Source: a virus (taxonomy: Duplodnaviria > Caudoviricetes). From it: DNA of 42,516 nucleotides. Position 1 is the first letter of the stretch; every line of letters starts with the position of its first letter. The DNA lies in IMG/VR virus record IMGVR_UViG_3300022906_000001, positions 1 through 42,516 of that record, one strand, 5' to 3'. The position numbers and the translations under genes were made by a program. This document shows, piece by piece, positions 1 through 7,454 of the stretch. A model generated the notes under the pieces. That model did no database searches. It was given only the letters and a program-made list of their open reading frames with translations, and was not told where the DNA came from.

Positions 1-127
1 GCTTCCTCGGCTTCCCGCTCGGCAAGCGCCCGCACGGTGTCGACGCCAAGGCGTTCCCGGCGCGGCGTGGCGACCCGGGCGCACCCGACGAGGACTGGAA
101 ACCGAAAACGACCGTTCTGCCACCGAC
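1..127. repeat. 127-bp direct repeat identical to the last 127 bp (circular contig overlap)
   Basis: 1-127 is identical to 42390-42516; it falls inside a continuous reading frame, and 127 is a common de Bruijn k-mer size. Confidence 0.95.
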
Positions 128-158
128 GCAGATCGGCCAACCCCTGGGGAGAGCAGCA

Positions 159-539
159 GTGTCCAACGCACACGCGACCACCAAACAGCTACTCGCGCTC
201 ACCGAGCAGAAGCTCGACGAGGCGCTCGGCGCCCTCGGCAAGCTTCCCGACATCACCGACGTGCTTGACGGCATCGTCGTGCAGATCGCCGTTCACATCG
301 ACACGGCCGTGTCGCTGGCCGCAGCGACCGTGGGTAACGGCGAGGGTGCGCCGGCCGCTGCCGGTGAGATGGTCGGGCACATCAAGTCCGCGCAGGATCT
401 CGCCTCGGTCAACGAGGGCGGGGAGCTGCAATCGGCGCTCACGCGGTTCGCCAAGGCCGGCGCGGACATCACCGAGCAGATCGCCGCGGCACAGGAGAAG
501 GCGCGCCAGTACCACGCCGCGCTCGGCGGCGGCAGCTAG
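159..539 (+). CDS. alpha-helical hypothetical protein (126 aa); also the C-terminal part of the 275-aa ORF starting at 42101
   Basis: GTG preceded by GGGGAGAG (146-153); GC3-rich codons; same frame as the ORF that wraps the contig end. Confidence 0.7.
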   Translation: MSNAHATTKQLLALTEQKLDEALGALGKLPDITDVLDGIVVQIAVHIDTAVSLAAATVGNGEGAPAAAGEMVGHIKSAQDLASVNEGGELQSALTRFAKAGADITEQIAAAQEKARQYHAALGGGS

Positions 540-541
540 CG

Positions 542-805
542 ATGCCGACCTACGAGGACGTGCATGCTGGCGACCTCGTGCTCGGCCACGACAACGCGTT
601 GTGGGGCGTCGAGCACATCGCTCACGCCCCGCGGCTCGGGGTCACGCTCCGGCGGTACGGGGCCCGGGTGACCGGGTACCCGCCGCCGGGCACGGAGGTC
701 GTTATCGTGCAGCGAGCAGACGTCACGGCGGAGTACGCGGCGGCCGGCGCCTTCCTGGCGGCCGGTTTCGACATCGAGATCATTTCGGAGCACTGGACAG
801 CATGA
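542..805 (+). CDS. hypothetical protein (87 aa)
   Basis: ATG 2 nt after upstream stop; GC3-rich; C-terminal AFLAAGFDIE resembles the ends of the two downstream paralogs. Confidence 0.75.
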   Translation: MPTYEDVHAGDLVLGHDNALWGVEHIAHAPRLGVTLRRYGARVTGYPPPGTEVVIVQRADVTAEYAAAGAFLAAGFDIEIISEHWTA

Positions 806-856
806 TTGCCCTGCTCGGCGACCCCGGGCGCGCAGCGATGGTTAGGGAGATCCACC

Positions 857-958
857 ATGCACGAGAAGAGGAAGTTGGCCGACATGTGGATCATGATCGG
901 TGCAATCGGGATCAGCGTCATGACGGTGGCGTTCTCGCTGGCGCCGGTGTTCGTGTGA
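857..958 (+). CDS. small membrane peptide (33 aa, MHEKRKLADMWIMIGAIGISVMTVAFSLAPVFV)
   Basis: AGGGAG RBS upstream; basic N-terminus plus one hydrophobic segment; stop overlaps next GTG (GTGA). Below the ORF-track length cutoff. Confidence 0.6.
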   Translation: MHEKRKLADMWIMIGAIGISVMTVAFSLAPVFV

Positions 959-1293
959 GCGGCGATAAGTGGGCTGCGATGATTCCCGATCCGCACCCCG
1001 CAGCGAACTGTGGCCCGCTGCAATTCGCACTGCTGCCCGGGCGGCAGTGCCCGACGTGCGGCTACCGGGTGCCGGCCGGCCCGCTCGACGACCGGCGGCA
1101 GGCAGCACTGGAGACGTACTTCGACGAGGACAACGATGTGCAGGCAGCCATCGTTACGGCCACGCGCGTCAAGATCACCGAGGACATCATCGAGGCGGCG
1201 CAGCAGGCCGGACCGTTCTGGAATAGCGTCGATGAGGCCCGGCCCGTTCTTACCGCCGCATTCCGTGCGGCAGGCTTCGAGGTGACGGAATGA
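955..1293 (+). CDS. hypothetical protein with CxxC (112 aa), paralog of 1290-1553
   Basis: GTGA-coupled start; CPTC motif; shares LDDRRQ, TATRV and AAFxAAGFEV with the next gene. Confidence 0.7.
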   Translation: MSGDKWAAMIPDPHPAANCGPLQFALLPGRQCPTCGYRVPAGPLDDRRQAALETYFDEDNDVQAAIVTATRVKITEDIIEAAQQAGPFWNSVDEARPVLTAAFRAAGFEVTE

Positions 1294-1553
1294 CGGCGCT
1301 CGACGACCGCCGGCAGCGGGCGCGCGAGGCGTATTACGACCGGTACTCACTCGGCGACAACATCGGCGGAAGCGCACGCAAGTCGGCTATCCGCGAATGC
1401 ATCGAGACCGCCACGCGGGTGCAGGTGACCGATGAGGTGCTTCGGACCGCTTGCAGCATCTACCCGCTCATGAGTCCCGGGGTAGCGGCAATCATGCTCA
1501 AGGCCGCCTTCAAGGCCGCAGGGTTCGAGGTAGAGGGAGAGACAGCGGAATGA
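1290..1553 (+). CDS. hypothetical protein (87 aa), paralog of 955-1293
   Basis: ATGA overlaps at both ends; shared motifs with upstream gene. Confidence 0.75.
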   Translation: MTALDDRRQRAREAYYDRYSLGDNIGGSARKSAIRECIETATRVQVTDEVLRTACSIYPLMSPGVAAIMLKAAFKAAGFEVEGETAE

Positions 1554-2944
1554 CGCAGACGATGGGCGCGGCGGTCGTGAATGCCGGCGGCGGGCCGATG
1601 CCGACCGGGGGGCGGTGGGGCTGGTACCGCGACCACGAGGGCCGCGAGTGGCAGCGCGTCTCCAAGATGATCAAGAAGGTCGAGACCGACACGTACAACC
1701 TCGACCAGTGGTTCAAGCGCCAGGTCGGCGAGGGTCTCGCCATCCGTGACGACCTCGTGCTCGCCATCAAGGCGATGGGCCGCCCGGATCCGATCGAGGG
1801 CTGGTCGAAGGCCGACAAGAAGAAGCTCGACGGCATCATGAAAGAGGCTGCCGAGGCCGCCAAACAGCGCAACGGGGCCCGCACGGGCACGGCGATGCAC
1901 GACCTCACGGAGCGCATCGACCGCGGCGAGGACATCGAGAGCGTGGTGCGCGGGCTGCCGGCCGGCACGGCGTTGTCGCTGCGGGCGTACGCCTTCCTCC
2001 GCCGCGAGAACGGGTGGGAGACGATCGAGATCGAGCGGTCGGTCGTCAACGACGAACTCGACTGCGGCGGCACGTTCGACCGGGTGGAACGGATCGCCGG
2101 GCTGACCGCCCTGCTCGGCCCGTGGGTCTGCCAGCACGGCCACAACCACATGGAAGAGTCGCAGGTGATCGCCGACGTCAAGACCGAGGCGGCGCCATGG
2201 ATGAACGGGCTTCACATCGGCCCGCAGCTCGGCACCTACTCGCGGTCGCTGCGCATGTGGCGGGCAACCGGCGGGCTGGTCAAGGTCGAGTTCTCCAGGA
2301 CCGAGGGGCCGATCGACTTCCCGGCCGGCGAGTACGTGCGCACCCCGTGCGTCCGGCAGGACGTCGGCGTCGTGGCGCACATCCTCGACGGCCACGCCGA
2401 ACCGTATTTCGTCAACCTCGTCGAGGGCTGGGAGGCGGCGAAAGCTGCCCGCGCCCAGGCCGACCGAGAGGCGCGCGCCAAGCGGCAGCTCGGCTCACCC
2501 GGCGCGTGGTTCGTCGCCATGCCCGGCGTCAAGCGGCCGGCGCCCGCGCAGATGCTCAGCGAGCACGCTGCGACCGCCAACTACGCCAGCCCGGACCGCC
2601 CGGTCAGCGTGGTCAGCACAGCGACCGGCGAGCCGGTCGAACACGTCGCCGTGACGCGGCCGGACGGCATGGTCACGTGGCAGCCGGCGACCGGCGGCGA
2701 GCTTGACGAGATCGACCGCGACGCCATCGCCGCGGTGTGGCAGGCGCCCGAGCTGAGCAACCTGGCCGAGATCTATTCCATCTACATCGGCCCCGAGGTC
2801 GGCCGGCGGTGGGGCGGACGGGTCGCCGAGGCGGCCGACGCGCGGCGGCGGCAGATCGAGTGCGTGCAGCGGCAGTTGCACCGGGCACGCGGCACGGCCA
2901 CGGTAAAGTGCGCCTGCGGTTGGACCAACGCACTTCCGGCCTAG
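1550..2944 (+). CDS. PD-(D/E)XK Cas4/RecB-like exonuclease (464 aa)
   Basis: Motifs GTAMHDLTE, EIERSV, GGTFDRV, IADVKT, QLGTY; GGGAGAGAC RBS and ATGA overlap at 1550. Confidence 0.8.
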   Translation: MTQTMGAAVVNAGGGPMPTGGRWGWYRDHEGREWQRVSKMIKKVETDTYNLDQWFKRQVGEGLAIRDDLVLAIKAMGRPDPIEGWSKADKKKLDGIMKEAAEAAKQRNGARTGTAMHDLTERIDRGEDIESVVRGLPAGTALSLRAYAFLRRENGWETIEIERSVVNDELDCGGTFDRVERIAGLTALLGPWVCQHGHNHMEESQVIADVKTEAAPWMNGLHIGPQLGTYSRSLRMWRATGGLVKVEFSRTEGPIDFPAGEYVRTPCVRQDVGVVAHILDGHAEPYFVNLVEGWEAAKAARAQADREARAKRQLGSPGAWFVAMPGVKRPAPAQMLSEHAATANYASPDRPVSVVSTATGEPVEHVAVTRPDGMVTWQPATGGELDEIDRDAIAAVWQAPELSNLAEIYSIYIGPEVGRRWGGRVAEAADARRRQIECVQRQLHRARGTATVKCACGWTNALPA

Positions 2945-2970
2945 CGATCCTGCTAGGTACCTGCTAGGGT
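2942..2970 (+). promoter_or_regulatory. promoter with operator-like spacer (TAGCGA-17-TAGGGT) driving the RNA cluster
   Basis: Exact CCTGCTAGGTACCTGCTAG at 2949-2967; extended -10 TGC-TAGGGT. Confidence 0.75.
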
Positions 2971-3022
2971 TGTATCAAGCCTTCCGGCCCACGGGGTACG
3001 TCCCCGAGGGTCGGGAGTGCGG

Positions 3023-3098
3023 TGGATGGTAGCGCAATTGGCAGCGCAGGTCGGGGTGCAAACTCGATCGGGTGCGGGTTCAAATCCTGCCCGTCCAG
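3023..3098 (+). tRNA. atypical tRNA-like RNA, nominal anticodon GCA (Cys), 7-bp anticodon stem, no encoded CCA
   Basis: Acceptor TGGATGG/CCGTCCA; TA; D arm GCGC-AATTGGCA-GCGC; anticodon arm GGTCGGG-GTGCAAA-CTCGATC; T arm GCGGG-TTCAAAT-CCTGC; discriminator G. Confidence 0.75.
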
Positions 3099-3195
3099 CG
3101 GTTCGGCAAGTAGATCTAGCGGTGAACGGTAGGCGCTCTGGCGGGCGCAAGCTGACCCGCGACGTCGAAAGCCGAGGGGTCGCCCGCCAGCGGCT

Positions 3196-3274
3196 CAGCG
3201 CGTAGTTCAAGGTGGCAAGAACGGGGCCCTTACCGGGGCCCAAATGCGGGGAGTCGATCGCCCCGCCGCGCACA
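3196..3274 (+). tRNA. degenerate tRNA-like cloverleaf (pseudo-tRNA or mimic)
   Basis: GCGCG/CGCGC acceptor (5 bp); TA; D arm GTTC-AAGGTGGCAA-GAAC; 18-nt arm GGGCCC-TTACCG-GGGCCC; T-like arm GCGGGG-AGTCGATCG-CCCCGC lacking TTC. Confidence 0.55.
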
Positions 3275-3290
3275 AGCAGCAGCGCCCGAT

Positions 3291-3477
3291 GGTGCACCGT
3301 CGTCGAGCTTGCAGTATCCGGACCGAGGCGCTGCGGTCCACAAGGGGAGTCGGCCCGGCAGAATCCGGCTACCGCCCGACGGGGCAACGTCCGCACGTGC
3401 CATGGTCACGAGCGGACGGGCGTCGAGGCTCCGCAGACGCGTATGCGTCCTCGGCGCTGCCCCGTCGGCGGTGCACC
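3291..3477 (+). ncRNA. 187-nt multibranch RNA domain of unknown family
   Basis: GGTGCACCGTCG pairs with CGGCGGTGCACC; alternative pairing ACCGCCCGACGGGGCA (3371-3386) with TGCCCCGTCGGCGGT (3458-3472); internal hairpins GGACCG/CGGTCC, CGTCCGC/GCGGACG, GGCGTCGAGG/CCTCGGCGCT. Confidence 0.5.
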
Positions 3478-3514
3478 AAAACACGCAACATCCGTATCAA
3501 GGATCGAGGATCAA

Positions 3515-4390
3515 GTGACCAACCCGTTTGCGGCCGCCGTGCCGCAGCAGGCCGAGCCCGCCGTGCAGTCGCCGGCAGCGGCCCCCAACCCCTACGCGCA
3601 GCAGGCCGCGCCCGCCCCGGTGCAGGCGTACCCCCCGCAGCAGCAGGCACCGCAGCAGGGCAACCCGTTCGGTGCCGCCGTGCCGCAGCAGCAGTGGGCC
3701 GCCCCGGCCGCCCCTGTGGCCCCGTACGGCGCACCGCAGCAGCAGGTGCAGCAGTGGGCCGGTACGCAGCAGTACGCCCCGCCTGCGCCCGTTCAGCAGG
3801 CCCCGCCCGCGCATCAGTGGCAGCCCGCTGCCACCACCGCCGGTCCGCCGCCCGCGTTCGGTCAGGCTGCCGCCGCCCCGCCGCCGGTCGTTGGTGGGGC
3901 GGCGGGTGCCAAGCTCGCGGCGATGTACTCGCGGCTCGTGATCATGTTCCCGCTGGCCGTCGAGCGCGTGCCACGCAACCCGCAGTACATCTCGCCCGAG
4001 GACCGCGCCAAGGGCAACGTCGAAGAGGACAAGATGACGGCAACCGTCGTCGTGCTCGACAGCGGCCCCGGCACGCCGCCCGGGCAGGGCTTCATCGAGT
4101 GGGGCGGCAACCCGCACGAGCTCGGCGGGTCGCCGCACACGGACCGCGATCCGCTGCCGTACGTGCGCAAGGGCATGTGGATCACGCAGACCCGGCTGGT
4201 CTCGCAGGGCCGTGGCCTGATCCCGGTCGGCGGCGCGCCCGCCACGCCGATGGTCGGCCGCCTCGCCAAGACCGGCCCGGAGCGCAACGCGCCGTGGTAC
4301 CTCGTCGCCGCGAACGCGGACGAGCTCGCCGTCGCCAACCAGTACTTGCAGGCGGTCGCCGCGGGGCACCTTCCGCACCCGCTGGCGTAG
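3515..4390 (+). CDS. putative single-stranded DNA-binding-like protein with Pro/Gln/Ala-rich N-terminus (291 aa)
   Basis: GTG with GAGG RBS; low-complexity N-terminal half, beta-rich C-terminal domain (ATVVVLD...GRLAK...APWYL); sits between exonuclease and resolvase. Function inferred from context. Confidence 0.55.
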   Translation: MTNPFAAAVPQQAEPAVQSPAAAPNPYAQQAAPAPVQAYPPQQQAPQQGNPFGAAVPQQQWAAPAAPVAPYGAPQQQVQQWAGTQQYAPPAPVQQAPPAHQWQPAATTAGPPPAFGQAAAAPPPVVGGAAGAKLAAMYSRLVIMFPLAVERVPRNPQYISPEDRAKGNVEEDKMTATVVVLDSGPGTPPGQGFIEWGGNPHELGGSPHTDRDPLPYVRKGMWITQTRLVSQGRGLIPVGGAPATPMVGRLAKTGPERNAPWYLVAANADELAVANQYLQAVAAGHLPHPLA

Positions 4391-4842
4391 TGCAGATCAA
4401 CATCGCGGCATTCGGACGCCCCGCGCCGCAGGGGTCTCACGACCTCGGCAGCGCGGGGCAGTTCCTCGATGCCTCCCCGTACCTCACGGCGTGGCGAGTC
4501 GCCGTCAAGAACGGCGCGTACCGGGCGTACAAGTCGCTCGCCATCCCGGCCTCGACGCTGCCGCTCTTTCCGGCCGGCACGCCAGTCACGATCGAATCGT
4601 GCACGTTCTACGTCACGGATGATCAGTGCAGGGCGGCCGGCACCGACGAGCCACTCGGCGACCCGGACATCGACAAGTTCCTGCGGTCGACCCTCGACGC
4701 CCTCGGTGGCGCCAAGGACAAGAAGAAAACGGCAAGGCTGTACGCGGACGACGCTCAGGTATGGCGCGTCCGCGACCTGTGCAAGGTTCGAGCGACCGGG
4801 CGTACCGGTGCGTTCATCGTGGTTTCCGATGGGAGAGATTGA
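4390..4842 (+). CDS. rusA: RusA-like Holliday junction resolvase (150 aa)
   Basis: GRPAPQGS N-terminus, PDIDKFLRSTLDAL and YADDAQV catalytic motifs; TAGTG overlap start. Confidence 0.85.
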   Translation: MQINIAAFGRPAPQGSHDLGSAGQFLDASPYLTAWRVAVKNGAYRAYKSLAIPASTLPLFPAGTPVTIESCTFYVTDDQCRAAGTDEPLGDPDIDKFLRSTLDALGGAKDKKKTARLYADDAQVWRVRDLCKVRATGRTGAFIVVSDGRD

Positions 4843-4844
4843 CA

Positions 4845-5474
4845 ATGGGCAGGATCGTTTACCGCGTGATGGTCGAGGCGACCGAGTACGACGAGAGTGG
4901 CGACGTCACCGTGACGCACGTGCTGTTCGACGCCGCCTCGCCGAGCGCCACGCGGCTGTACGCCTTCGTGCCGCAACAGGTCGAGTTGGCACTCGCCGAG
5001 GCGGGCGGGCCCCCGATGCCGTCACTGCCGAACAAGTGGATGGCGAGCTTCGTGCCGACCGAGGCGGTCGCCCCGACAGTCTCGGCGACGCCGGACGGCC
5101 CGGCGGTCGAGGTGCCCGTGACGGCGCCGGCCGAGCCCGAGACCGCGCCGATGGATCCGTTCCCGGCGCCGCCCGAGGGCAAGCCGAAGCGCACCCGCCG
5201 GACCAAGGCGCAGATTGCGGCCGACGAGGCGGCGGCAGCGCTCGCGGCACAGCAGGCGGCCGGCGCCACCGTGGCCGACCTCGCGCATGCGGCGGCCGAG
5301 CCCGCGCCGCAGACGCCCGACGGCTCGACGGTCGCGGCGATCCCGCCCGCCGATCCCGCGCCACTGTCGCTCGTGCCGCCCCTGCCGGCAGAGCACGAGG
5401 CGAACGACGGCGGTACAGCGGTCGCGCCGACGTCGGCGCCCGCGGTGCCGTACAACCCGTTCCTACAAAACTGA
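4845..5474 (+). CDS. Ala/Pro-rich hypothetical protein with KRTRRTKAQI basic patch (209 aa)
   Basis: GGGAGAG RBS before ATG 4845; GC3-rich. Confidence 0.75.
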   Translation: MGRIVYRVMVEATEYDESGDVTVTHVLFDAASPSATRLYAFVPQQVELALAEAGGPPMPSLPNKWMASFVPTEAVAPTVSATPDGPAVEVPVTAPAEPETAPMDPFPAPPEGKPKRTRRTKAQIAADEAAAALAAQQAAGATVADLAHAAAEPAPQTPDGSTVAAIPPADPAPLSLVPPLPAEHEANDGGTAVAPTSAPAVPYNPFLQN

Positions 5475-5514
5475 CGCTTCCGTCGCAGGGCGCGACGGAC
5501 AGAAGGGGAACACG

Positions 5515-5970
5515 ATGATCAAGAGGATTGCGCTCGCCTTGGGGCTGGCTCTCGTCGGCGTGCTCGGTTTCGCGTTGCCCGCGCAGGCGGCCGTGTACGG
5601 CTGCCCCGATAGCGGGTGGGTCTGTTTCTACAACTACGAGTCGTTCAATACGGCCGGCGGGATCCACGGCCGGGACCTGCGCGTTGGCTACGGCACGTGC
5701 CGCGTGCTGCCGACGTCGGGCGCCCCGGGCTGGACAAACGGCAAGGTCTATAACGCCGCGTCGTCGATCCTGATCAACAATAGCGGGCCGAACAATCTGC
5801 CCGGGAATATGCATCTTCAGTTCTTCGACTCGAACGCCTGCGACGTGGCCAACGACTATTGGTTCGTCGTTCCGTTCGGCTCGGGCGACGTGAACACGTC
5901 AATGTGGCGCCTGGCCAATAGCGGGTGGAACGATCGCATCGGCTCGTTCCGGGTCATCGACGCAAACTGA
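5515..5970 (+). CDS. secreted protein, peptidase inhibitor I36 / beta-gamma-crystallin-like (151 aa)
   Basis: Sec signal MIKRIALALGLALVGVLGFALPAQA; CPDSGWVCFY start; twin crystallin-like motifs YNAASSI and WNDRIGSF; AAGGGGA RBS. Confidence 0.7.
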   Translation: MIKRIALALGLALVGVLGFALPAQAAVYGCPDSGWVCFYNYESFNTAGGIHGRDLRVGYGTCRVLPTSGAPGWTNGKVYNAASSILINNSGPNNLPGNMHLQFFDSNACDVANDYWFVVPFGSGDVNTSMWRLANSGWNDRIGSFRVIDAN

Positions 5971-5974
5971 TCCA

Positions 5975-6031
5975 CGCACCGACGAGAACAGCCCCGGGGT
6001 ATCGTCGCCCGGGGCTGTTCTCGTCGGTGCG
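5975..6031. terminator. 24-bp perfect inverted repeat between convergent arms (bidirectional terminator)
   Basis: CGCACCGACGAGAACAGCCCCGGG (5975-5998) / CCCGGGGCTGTTCTCGTCGGTGCG (6008-6031); lies between the stop codons at 5970 and 6033. Confidence 0.85.
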
Positions 6032-6032
6032 G

Positions 6033-6308
6033 TCAAACGCGCGGAGGCCAGGACCATTCCCCGGGGCCGTCGCCGGGCGGGACGTCGTACTCCGTCCACC
6101 CGCCCTGCACGCTCGGAGTGAACACGTGCAAGTGCACGTGCATCGGCGAACTGAGCGGCGGCACCGCGCCCGATTCGACGCCCCGGGGGTCGAGCGAGTC
6201 GACGTCAGCGATCACGACGGCCGCCCGCCTCGCGTGGTTTCCCTGCTTGCCGCGGTAGATGACCGATCGGCACAGCGACGGCCGCTGCACCTCTGCCGGC
6301 GTAGTCAC
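6033..6308 (-). CDS. hypothetical protein (91 aa), PSxxRxVxY...WSWPPRV type
   Basis: GTGA coupling to the holin; last gene of the leftward arm. Confidence 0.75.
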   Translation of the reverse strand: MTTPAEVQRPSLCRSVIYRGKQGNHARRAAVVIADVDSLDPRGVESGAVPPLSSPMHVHLHVFTPSVQGGWTEYDVPPGDGPGEWSWPPRV

Positions 6309-6511
6309 TTCGGCTTGTTCGGCGTGCGCCAGACGGCGTAGATCGTGGCGCCGGCCGTGACGAGCGCAGTTACGATCGTGCCGTACTCGGTGAAGTCGAG
6401 CGCGCCGTCGTCAAGCGCGACCTGCACGGCGGCGACGGCCACGGTGATTGCGGTCAGCGTGGTGCCGATCGCTGCGGCCACGGCTTTCGCGGCTGTGATC
6501 TGCGGTTCCAT
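6305..6511 (-). CDS. holin (68 aa, two TM segments)
   Basis: AKAVAAAIG...VWRTPNKP pattern typical of small actinophage holins; GGGAGAGAC RBS; lysis region. Confidence 0.7.
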   Translation of the reverse strand: MEPQITAAKAVAAAIGTTLTAITVAVAAVQVALDDGALDFTEYGTIVTALVTAGATIYAVWRTPNKPK

Positions 6512-6529
6512 TGGTCTCTCCCTATCTGG

Positions 6530-6808
6530 TCAGGTCGAACAATGGTACTTCTTGCCGAGCCTGCCCATCGCGTCCGCGAGCTCGCGGACGGTCGCGCTCG
6601 GCGCCGGGTTGCTCCGATACGCGTTGCCGGACAGTACGACAACCTCACATAGCGCCTGCTCGCTGCGATGCTGATTCCAGGCCGAGACGCCAATCGCGGC
6701 GGCCGGCCCCAGCGTTGCCGTGAGGACCATGGCGGCCCACCACTGCCACCCGGGCCGAGCCTCGGCGATCTCGGCGCGCTGCCGCTGCTGTTCCTCGCCC
6801 GTCACCAT
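6530..6808 (-). CDS. membrane protein of lysis cassette (92 aa)
   Basis: One TM helix, two Cys in C-terminal part; GGAGG RBS. Confidence 0.7.
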   Translation of the reverse strand: MVTGEEQQRQRAEIAEARPGWQWWAAMVLTATLGPAAAIGVSAWNQHRSEQALCEVVVLSGNAYRSNPAPSATVRELADAMGRLGKKYHCST

Positions 6809-6827
6809 GCGCCTCCGTGGCTGGCAA

Positions 6828-7091
6828 TCATGAGGCCGACGGCTCCGAGGGCTGAGCCTGCACTGAGGGCGATGACGGTGGATCGGTAGGTTGCTGACCA
6901 GTCATGCGCATCGCCCACGCCGCGAGAGCCCCCGGGACCAGCGCGATGAGGATCCCGCCGCCGAAGACCGTCGGGTTGAACGGGTCGGCTACGGTCCCCT
7001 GCCAAATGATCAGGAACCACCCGAGGACGAATGAAACCGTGTCCCGGGAAATCGTGCGCCGGGTAGGTGCTCGACGCTGGCGTGCGGTCAC
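6828..7091 (-). CDS. membrane protein of lysis cassette (87 aa, two TM)
   Basis: Two hydrophobic segments and Ser/Pro tail. Confidence 0.7.
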   Translation of the reverse strand: MTARQRRAPTRRTISRDTVSFVLGWFLIIWQGTVADPFNPTVFGGGILIALVPGALAAWAMRMTGQQPTDPPSSPSVQAQPSEPSAS

Positions 7092-7132
7092 TCATATTCC
7101 GCCTTTCCATCGCGTATGACACCCGACGGGGG

Positions 7133-7453
7133 CTAGGCCGAGTGTGTCTGTTTGGTGCCGTCCGGATCAACACTCTGATCGATAGGCACCTCGATGCCGC
7201 GAGCTTCGAGCGCGCGTATCAATGCGCGATTATAGTTCTGTCCGTCCGTGATGATTTGTTGCATCACGTCACGTTGATGGTTGACGATGACGTGCACTTC
7301 GGCGATCTGCTTGTTGCCTTGCGTCACCTTGTCCTCGACGCGCCGAGAGGTGCGCCTCGCGGCCCACGCGGTGATCAGGGCGGCGACCGAGGTCAGCAGC
7401 AGCGACAGCACGCCGCCGGCCGTGATGACGCCGGCAAGCGTGCTGTCCGCCAT
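7133..7453 (-). CDS. membrane-anchored coiled-coil protein of lysis cassette (106 aa)
   Basis: N-terminal TM helix followed by heptad-like region; starts 1 nt after endolysin stop. Confidence 0.7.
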   Translation of the reverse strand: MADSTLAGVITAGGVLSLLLTSVAALITAWAARRTSRRVEDKVTQGNKQIAEVHVIVNHQRDVMQQIITDGQNYNRALIRALEARGIEVPIDQSVDPDGTKQTHSA

Positions 7454-7454
7454 C

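Larger units (their letters stand above)
2977..3480 (+). ncRNA. structured RNA locus (hairpins plus two tRNA-like domains)
   Basis: About 540 nt without a convincing gene in an otherwise tightly packed operon; continuous base-pairing potential: hairpin 2982-3016, cloverleaf 3023-3098, stem 3138-3147/3181-3190, cloverleaf 3196-3274, multibranch domain 3291-3477. Confidence 0.65.

Noticed and set aside
1550-2944. CRISPR-associated Cas4
   Set aside because: Solo phage PD-(D/E)XK exonuclease in a recombination module (SSB-like, RusA); no CRISPR context.
3023-3098. tRNA as an attP/attB remnant or as an ordinary tRNA-Cys
   Set aside because: No integrase nearby, and the full cloverleaf is present rather than a 3' fragment; identity elements and arm length do not fit a standard tRNA-Cys.
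3138-3190. Hammerhead or HDV-like (theta) ribozyme next to the tRNA-like element (CTGA...GAAA seen)
   Set aside because: The CUGANGA core is absent (CTGACCC) and I could not build the required stems or pseudoknot by eye; kept only as a hairpin.
3515-3900. CAGCAG/GCCCC repeats as a DNA repeat element
   Set aside because: Explained by Gln/Pro/Ala low-complexity coding sequence.
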